From: the human T2T-CHM13v2.0 reference genome, Homo sapiens
Reading direction: 5' to 3' (one strand)
DNA length: 64,000 nucleotides
Assembly (NCBI RefSeq): GCF_009914755.1
Contig: NC_060929.1
Every line of letters begins with the position of its first letter. Position 1 is the stretch's first letter. A program made the position numbers and the translations under genes. The notes under the pieces were generated by a model, which did not search any database, was not told the DNA's origin, and saw only the letters and a list, made by a program, of their open reading frames with translations. Of the stretch, positions 57,141 to 64,000 are shown piece after piece.

Positions 57141-58562
57141 ATTAAGCCCTACAGAAAGATGTTGCACTCTAAACAGGAAATATGAAGAGAATTTCATTAA
57201 ATAAAAGCAAGTCATGTAAGTATAGGCAGAGTTTAAGAAAACCATGCAAGAATAAAGCAATATCCCTTAGCATATGACAGCATATGACCCATAGGCATGG
57301 AGGATAAATAGCGGAAACACAGTACTGCTGTCTCACTCTTACTCTATGATTACTTATTCTCGAGGAAGGCAACTCAGTTTTTACATTATCACTTTGTTGA
57401 GGCTTTTTCTGTCTTCTCTTTCAAATATACTCTCCCTATATGTGCTACTATAATTTTAATGTAGCATGCATTTTACAAGTTTTTGTTATTGGTGGTAGAA
57501 AATTTGTCTTGTGTTTATCGCTATATCCCCAGAGATTAGTGCAGATTCATACACAAAATATAAACTAAATAATTTGTAGGAACAAATAATCAGTGATGAA
57601 CCTAGATTTCCCCACTGTAGTTTTTCATGTGGGTAGACTAACTTATATAAGAGTACGCTGAAATAATTGAGTTAGGAAAAGTTAACGTGATACAACACAA
57701 ACACTGACCATTATATGTTAATGGCTAATATACCAAATAGTATGTTTATTTTCTCTATTCAGAATTCTATAAAAGCAAGCAATTAAATTTAATATTTAAT
57801 TGCATCATTTAATAAACAGCTATATTGCAAGTGAAATTACCACATTATTTATTTATGCTACAATATTTCATATCCAAGTTTTGTGAAGCAGGCAGTTTTC
57901 TAGACCCTTTAAAGAAATACGTTTATACTGGATAAATAGAGCCTTTGGAAAAGATGATATTACTCAGCTGAAACAACTCTGCCTTAATAAATTTAGTGGT
58001 GCCTGATTCTTTCAGAACTGTTTGCTTTTCTTTTTGTCGGCAAGTGCTGATCTTATTTGAACAGGTGGAAGAATGAAAGACAAAGTGAATGTGTCTCATG
58101 GAAAATATTTTGAACACATTATCTAAACTTTACCAGGATTGTTAGTGCTAATTTATAGCATCCGTATGTAAAGAATGTCTGTCCTAAATTTTCTTTGTAA
58201 AATAAACTGTCAGAGTTTTTCTTCTTGGTAGTTTACCAAATTTTGAAAAAAAAGTGGTGATTTTTATTACTTTCTTTACTTCCCTTAATGACTAGCACCA
58301 TATTGTTTTAAATTAGATGTAATATAAGCAATATTCCCATCACTGAATTTTAAGAGTAAGGGACATTGAGGACTGTTTTAGTTGTCCAGCAGACTGATAG
58401 TTTCCCTCTATCTGCAGTTTTCAGAAAAAGACTGTAACGGTGACTAACTTGAAGAATAACTGATAAGAAAAGGATATGTGTATAAGCAGATGTAGCACTG
58501 GAACACTAGATTTTCCAGTAAATGCCACTGAATATTAGTCAGAATAGAAATAAGTATGTGTG

Positions 58563-58928
58563 TGAATTGTTTGCCTGTGTCCCCACCCAAATCTCATCTC
58601 GAATTGTAGCTCCCACAATTCCCATGTGTCATGGGAGGGACCCAGCGGAAGATAACTGAATCATGGGGGCAGTTTCCCCCATACTGTCCTCATGGTAGTG
58701 AATAAGTCTCACCAGATCTGATGGTTTTGTAAAGGGGCATTTCCCTGCACAAGCTTCCTCTTGCCTGCTGCCATGTAAGATGTGACTTTGTTCCTCCTTT
58801 GCCTTCTGCCTTGATTGTGAGGACCCCTCAGCCACGTGGAACTGTGAGTTCATCAAACCTCTTTTTCTTTATAAATTACCCAGTCTCAGGTATGTCTTTA
58901 ATGTCAGTGTAAGAGCAGGCTAATGCAG
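58563..58928 (+). mobile_element. THE1 (B/C-like) MaLR solo LTR
   Basis: CTGTGTCCCCACCCAAATCTCATCTCGAATTGTAGCTCCC...AAATTACCCAGTCTCAGGTATGTC with TSD GTGTG/GTGTG. Confidence 0.93.
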
Positions 58929-59329
58929 TGTGTATCTATATGTGTTTGCATGTGTGTGTATATATCTCTATGTACTCAGCATAAATATGTTGGTTTAACA
59001 TTTTATATACATAAGTAAAGTAGTACTTATTAGTGAAAATAATGCAAGTTAACTGAGAATGAAAATTATTTCATAGGGGTTTCTATAGTTTAAGGAGATT
59101 AATAGATGTGTTATAAAATTTAGAATTTCCTACTTCAAGTCCAATACAATTTTATTAAACCTTGCCACTTTCTCTAATGTTTATTCCACAGAAAGATGGG
59201 TTAAATTAAACATATGTGGCATGAATCATTTATGCAGTTCCAATTGACACATTTGAAAACCTGCCTCAAGAGATCTGGTTTGTTTTCTAGCCTTGCCACA
59301 TGAAGATGGCTTGCAAACATCCAAATAGA

Positions 59330-59670
59330 GTGAACATAATAAAACAAGAGCCTGGCTACTGAATATGGAAATCCATCATTGTCTTTGTGTGAAAGCCAAG
59401 ATAAGTGCAGTGAGCTTCTTAGAAGCCACAAGTCTTTTGCCCAAGAAGTCCCCAGTATCCTTGACAAACTTAGAGAGCCCTAATGCTTTCATCCAAACTT
59501 CTTTCTCCCTCTCCTTCACTGGGTTAGAATTGTATCATGCTCTGAAGACTCACCCAACCCTTTCATCCAACCTTTTCATTTGTTCTCATAGGTGTTTCTT
59601 CTAATAAATTTTTGCAGATTTTTGAAATTCTTCCTCAGCAGTTGCTTCCTGCAGGATCTGAAGTAACCCA
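59330..59670 (+). mobile_element. LTR16-like relic
   Basis: 3' end CTAATAAATTTTTGCA...CTCAGCAGTTGCTTCCTGCAGGATCTGAAGTAAC. Confidence 0.45.
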
Positions 59671-59875
59671 TTGTGGGACAATGTTTTTCCTATTTAAGGA
59701 GAGATGGACTTGATTAGCCATTAACAGGTAAGATATTACCAGAAAGTTTGGCGTTTTCAATTCTAATATTTAATTCAACAAACTTAAAACATGGCAAGAG
59801 ATCAAAAGCCTGAGATTTTTTTATGTAATCTTTTTAACTTGCTTAAACCACAGAAACGTTTAGACGCTTGATATG

Positions 59876-60409
59876 TGTGGTGGTTAACACTGAGTGTCAA
59901 CTTGATTGGATTGAAGAATGCAAAGTATTGTTCCTGGATGTGTCTGTGTGGGTGTTGCCAAAGGAGATTAACATTTGAGTCAGTGGACTGGGAGAGACAG
60001 ACCCACCCTCTATCCATGTGGTCACCATCTAATCAGCTGCAAGAGCAGCTAGAATAAAGCAGGCAGAAGAAGCTGGAAGAACCAGACTTGCTGAGTCTTC
60101 CGGCCTTCATCTTTCTCACATGGTGGATGCTTCCTGCCCTTGAACATCAGACTCCAATTTCTTCAGCTTTTGGACTCCTGGATTTGCACCAGTGGTTTGC
60201 CTTTGTCCATAGACTGCAAGCTGTACTACTGGCTTCCCTACTTTTGAGGTTTTGGGACTCAGACTGGCTTCCTTCCTCCTGAGCTTACAGACACTCTGTT
60301 GTGAGACTTCAAATTGTGATTGTATGAGTCAATACTCCTTAATAAACTCTCTTTCATAGATATTTCTGTCCTATTAGGCCTGTCCCTCTAGAGAACCCTG
60401 ACTAATACA
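59876..60409 (+). mobile_element. MLT2A (A1/A2) HERV-L solo LTR
   Basis: TGTGGTGGTTAACACTGAGTGTCAACTTGATTGGATTGAAG...CTCTAGAGAACCCTGACTAATACA with 5-bp TSD ATATG/ATATG. Confidence 0.95.
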
Positions 60410-60582
60410 ATATGTTTTTATATTTCTAATAGAAAATAGAAAAGTATAGCTTAGGAAATCCCAAGTTTGGGGACATCATCACTGGCAATAATTTTCTGTA
60501 AAGAAAATAAAACTCATAATCCGGGTTGCTGGGAGAACAGTGACCTAGTATAATCCTGAAAATTGACCATGAATACACCCTA

Positions 60583-61220
60583 TGTATTCGTTTCTTATTG
60601 CTGCTGTAACAAATTACCACCTACTTAGTGGCTAAAAAAACTGGCTAGACATAGTGGTTCATGCTTGAAATCCCAGCACTTTGGGAAGCTAAGGCAGGAG
60701 AATCACTTGATTCTGTGAGTTTTAGACCAGCCTTAGGAAACATAGTGAGACCCCGACTCTAGTAAATACTAAAAATAAGCCAGCTGCAGCAGGCAGTTGA
60801 TGTCAGGGTATCATTTGAATGCAGGCGTTTGAGGCTGCAGTGAGCTGTGATTGTGCTACTATGCTCCAGCCTGGACAGCAGAGTGAGACTCTATCTCAAG
60901 GAAAAAAAATTCACATATTTATTACCTTACTGTTCTTGAGGTAAGTAATGATGTACAACATTAGTCTTGTTGGGCTATAATCAAGGTGTGTGCAGGGTTG
61001 GTTCTTTCTGGAATCTCTGCAAGAGAATCTGTTTCCTTGCCTTTTACACCTTCTGGAAGCTGCTTGCATTCCTGGGCTAGAGACCTCTTCCTCTCATCAC
61101 TCAACTCAGATTATCCAGGATATTCACCATCCCAAGATCCTCAATTTAATCACATAGGCAAAGTCCTTTTCTGTGTAAAGTAATATATTAACTAGTTCTG
61201 GGGTTAGGATGTGGAAACCC
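60583..61220 (-). mobile_element. MLT1 (B/C-like) LTR interrupted by AluJ
   Basis: TGTATT.GTTTC...GCTGCTGTAACAAATTACCAC...AATCAAGGTGT...GGGGTTAGGATGTGGA. Confidence 0.85.
60642..60910 (+). mobile_element. AluJ (diverged, right arm partly deleted)
   Basis: GGCTAGACATAGTGGTTCATGCTTGAAATCCCAGCACTTTGGGA...GAGGCTGCAGTGAGCTGTGATTG. Confidence 0.88.
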
Positions 61221-61952
61221 TTTCTTTTCAACCCTCCTAAAAACAGAGAGAGAAACATTGGATGATAGAAACCATTGTCCAGACATAAGAAGCAGTTTAT
61301 AAGTAACTTTGTTGTTCTGACTCAGAAATCTGGAACTCTCCCATAAAATCCGTTAATTAGTCTGAGACCATACAAGAAAAAGGGAGTTGCCCTTGATCTT
61401 TGAAAAAGAATGTTTTATGAAATGAAAGGGCAAGTAAAAGCTGAGGAAAAAAATTAGCAAGCTCAAAATTAATCTAGACATAATATATTTATATTAATAC
61501 TATCCTCAATTTGTTCTACCAACTATGTTATAAAATCTTTCTGCTTGTTTTTTCTTTCAAATAAGAGGAAAAAAATTTGGTAGCAAGCATGCTTTCTTTT
61601 ATACTCAAAAGTGAGAGTCCCTGAAGAATTTGCTTTTTCCAAATTATATATGACAAGCATGAATTCATAATGTTTTTCTCATCTATTTTCTTTAATAAAA
61701 AATATCTCAGTGTGATGTTCAAGGAAAGGCTGCAAATCTTATATAAAGATATTTCTTTTTAACTTATATCATACAAACAAAATAAATTTAGATAAATGAA
61801 TTGCCTTGAAAATTGTGATAATGAATAAAACAGAACCTATGCCTAAAGAAAAGGACACAGGAATTGTTCAGGTTGACTTTTTGTTGTTGTTGCAGTTATG
61901 TTTAGACTGTTATATTTCCCAAGTAAACTTCTTATGAAAGAGAAAAATTCTG

Positions 61953-62096
61953 AATAGAGCCTAAGTTTGTGTTGTAATTGACAGTAAAGTAAAGAGTAAA
62001 TATTACCTTTAGTATATTAAGTAAAATAGAGCCTAAGTTTGTGTTATAATTGACAGTAAAGTAATGAGTAAAAATTTCCTTTAGTATATTAAATAA
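61953..62096 (+). repeat. 72-bp tandem duplication (2 copies, 5 mismatches)
   Basis: AATAGAGCCTAAGTTTGTGTT(G/A)TAATTGACAGTAAAG... starts at 61953 and again at 62025. Confidence 0.95.
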
Positions 62097-62634
62097 ATGC
62101 TCTTCATTTTGAGAAAAATATGTGATATCAGTTGAGGGTTAATTTAAAATGCTGTAGTTTAGGCTGGGAATGTGTTCAGAATAATTTTTAATTCCAATTT
62201 TCTACAAAACATATATATTGTAAATGTATACATTATTCTTCAACCATAAAATCAAAGCTATGATTATGTTAGATAGTTTCACACCAATCACTGATAATTA
62301 TAGTGCATGATAAATTTGCAAAAAGCAAGAAAATATTTTACATATATTGTCATTATTAGAAAAATTGGTATATTAGAGTTGTAATGGCTTTTAGATCTCA
62401 AAATATAAATAATACTTATTTCAATTAAAATAACATTACATTTACACACACATATATACATATATATATTTAACTATATAATTCCAATACCTACTTATAA
62501 CACTTTCTCATTAAACCAAGTAAACTGGCCTGGACTAAGGCATTAAAACCATTTTCATATATGTATTTTACTTTTTCCCCCTACTTGTTGTGAATATTTA
62601 AAATCGAAGTTGATAGAAGAGAAAAAAAAGAGGT

Positions 62635-63960
62635 ATTTATCAATTCAATTGTTAAATATAAATTTATCCTGACTCTATTCTCGACACCAGCTTAGTCATA
62701 TGGGGCAGATATAAAACCAAATTATCTTGATCTTAAATAAGGTTGTAACTTTGAATAAGGTTGTAACTGTGATAAAATCAAAATTATTAACAGTAGTTTA
62801 TTATGTGGCATAGATAGAAAGATACATTTACAAAGTATAGCAGTAGAGAATAATGAACTCTCTATTGTGACATGAATTAAGTAGAAAACATATTTCTAAG
62901 AAGTTAGCGCCTTATCTAGGCTTCAAAGATGAAGATGAGTTTTCAAAGAAAGTAGAGGTCATGATTGGGGGGGGTTATTAATAAGAATAAAATTATTATA
63001 GGCAAAGAAGAGAATATGAAACAGTAAGAATTTCAAAATCACATGGTATATCCAAGAAAGCCCAGAAGTCCTGTGACATTTGTGAAAAAGTGTGAGTCAA
63101 TCTATGGATATAACTGAGAATAGAGAAGAATATGGGATGCAATAAAAAAAACCTCGCATGTTGTATTAGAGTCTATAGACTTTAGTTTGTATGAAATGGG
63201 GATAAATTAAAAGGCAGGAGAGAAAAATGAAACTCTTTTTAATCACGTTAGCATTCAATTGGGAAGAAGTTTGAGAGGGCCTGGCCTAGAGCAACGGTAG
63301 ACTAGTAAGAATGGTATTATTTTGAGTGATAATAGAAATAAAAGGCAAAGAGCTGAGGCAGACTAAATACTAAAATGTAGAAGTGGTAAGACTTGGCAAC
63401 TATCTATGGAAGGACAGGAAAAATTTTCATATAACTCTGACTTAGACAATTCTGTAAGGTGGGCTCCTAAGTTGACATTGACAAATGTATTAACAAATAA
63501 AATGTAATGGGGGATGCAGGAATATCCCTATCAGACTTTCTAGGTTTGAGGTGATTATGTTAGCTTAAGTAGAGTTATCAGGAAGGAGTTGGATGTAGCC
63601 GATTAGAATTTCATCTAGGCACATGTTGTAGAATTGAGAGTTTCTACAGCAGAAACATGATTAAAAATTTTACTATATAGTCTTGGGAGAAGAAGAGGAA
63701 CACTAGTCTTGAATAGTAAGGTGGAACACATTAGAATAGAAAGCGTACAGGGAATATTCCTATGGTTTGCCAAAACAACATTCATTGAATTGATGCTGGG
63801 GCAAAATTAAGTTACAGCCTGTTAAAAACTAAATTGCAGATAAGAAAATGGAGACATGTGAAGTATAAAAAGTCTTCTAAAAATGAAAACCCAAGGGACA
63901 AAGAAGTATTTTAGTGTGTGTTGTGCTAGAAAGGGAGAATTTTTGCATGGGGTACAGATA
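62635..63960 (-). mobile_element. Diverged L2 element
   Basis: Purine-rich antisense L2 motifs (ATCTAGGCTTCAAAGATGAAG, GTAAGACTTGGCAACTATCTATG, TAGGTTTGAGGTG...GAGTTGGATGT). Confidence 0.6.
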
Positions 63961-64000
63961 TGAACATTTTAGTAAACTCAATAGAAAAATAGTACAATAA

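Noticed and set aside
52267-58928. Two THE1 LTRs as ends of one MaLR element
   Set aside because: Separate TSDs (GGGTT vs GTGTG) and no THE1-internal sequence; the interval holds older L1, AluJ and MIR.
62736-62768. AATAAGGTTGTAACT repeated at 18-bp period
   Set aside because: Trivial slippage duplication; no array or spacer structure.

Overview
AT-rich, CpG-depleted primate genomic DNA (simian, probably catarrhine or human, judged from Alu J/S, THE1, MER41 and LTR17 content) with the character of an intergenic or deep-intronic region. No credible protein-coding gene, structural RNA gene or CRISPR array is visible. The ORF-track entries are chance ORFs or translations of Alu, L1, LTR and microsatellite sequence; the only clear protein homology is to decayed L1 ORF1p/ORF2p. 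The window is a layered fossil record of retroelements (L1M/L1P, L2, CR1/L3, MIR, Alu/FAM; solo LTRs LTR17, MER41A, MER41B, MER4E, MER67, LTR16, MLT1, MLT2A, MST, THE1) and hAT DNA transposon relics. I did not find a new biological system. The best leads are: a probable ~0.93 kb minus-strand 3'UTR-like retrocopy inserted into an old L1; a MER41B with two intact GAS/STAT1 motifs plus a GAS-less MER41A 24 kb away; a HERV-W solo LTR with a G-tract beside its TATA box; an L1 with a twin-priming 5' inversion; an MLT2A carrying a DUX4-like motif; a near-perfect 72-bp AT palindrome; and several local tandem duplications. Repeat subfamily names come from recalled consensus sequences and need Dfam/RepeatMasker confirmation.
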